Positions 31,727 through 32,000 of a DNA stretch of 32,000 nt are shown piece after piece. The stretch spans positions 29,730-61,729 of the forward strand of contig DAOPZC010000022.1 of the NCBI GenBank assembly GCA_035353175.1, written 5' to 3'. The translations under genes were made by a program, and so were the position numbers. Each line of letters starts with the position of its first letter. Within the stretch, counting starts at the first letter, position 1. The notes under the pieces are model-generated. The model did no database searches, was not told where the DNA came from, and saw nothing but the letters and a program-made list of their open reading frames with translations. Source of the stretch: Kiritimatiellia bacterium. GTDB lineage: Bacteria > Verrucomicrobiota > Kiritimatiellia > RFP12 > UBA1067.

Positions 31727-32000
31727 TTCAGGCGTTCCTTTGCTGTTTCGGAGGATTGACGGTTAATCCGGATCGCGTCGGAGAGAACGGAAAAGGAAGT
31801 GCATTGGTTTGAGTGGCAGCGGTTGAATCAGGTGGACATGTTTGGAATTTAGCGCAATGCGGGTTATTTTGCCAGAGGGAAAAGAGAGCGCAAAAAGCGG
31901 GTTGGTCCTCCAGGAAATCCACTGGACGATCTGCCTTGGGATTGTGTACACTGCCGTCGTGGGACTCGAGGATGTGGACTTACCCCATTTTTCAGCCTGA

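Noticed and set aside
31727-32000. Short ORFs at the right edge (31728-31922 and 31763-31951, minus strand)
   Set aside because: They are small, overlap each other in different frames, and carry no motif. The region is more likely the promoter/leader region of the DUF4197 gene or non-coding sequence.

Overview
This is a high-GC bacterial chromosomal window. My guess at the source is a PVC/Verrucomicrobia-like organism, which cannot be verified here.

**Positions 1-6904: + strand housekeeping block.** The genes are tightly packed. They comprise:
- a complex-I / group-4-hydrogenase-like membrane module: an antiporter-like subunit, a NuoCD/HycE-like large subunit that lacks the Ni-Fe cysteine ligands, and a fused ferredoxin-NuoB-like subunit;
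- a YbeY-like protein, CstA, and a tandem NDK-like protein;
- tRNA-Leu(TAG) at 6820-6904, which closes the block.

**Positions ~6.9-30.2 kb: accessory (defence-island-like) segment.** Composition and coding density change directly 3' of the tRNA. The segment contains:
- a 3-module protein (weak PfkB-like pattern, then AAA+, then RyR);
- a short decayed TIR-like gene relic;
- a DUF4062-NACHT-beta-propeller STAND NTPase, ATGA-coupled to a TPR-like protein;
- lower-GC cargo genes of unknown function;
- a RAYT (IS200-like Y1 transposase) flanked by REP doublets;
- a second, convergent DUF4062-NACHT paralogue carrying 13 near-identical WD40 repeats, a Zn-ribbon tail and an in-frame REP-derived insertion;
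- a two-gene operon upstream of that paralogue on the same strand, encoding a SLOG-like protein and an MthK-like (2TM pore + 2 Rossmann/RCK) membrane protein with a degenerate selectivity filter and a C-terminal RyR domain.

Each NACHT paralogue therefore sits next to an RyR-domain protein.

**Positions 30.2-31.7 kb: ordinary genes.** These are an MtfA/M90 peptidase and a DUF4197 lipoprotein.

**Limits.** All domain calls come from motif recognition by eye. No searches were run.
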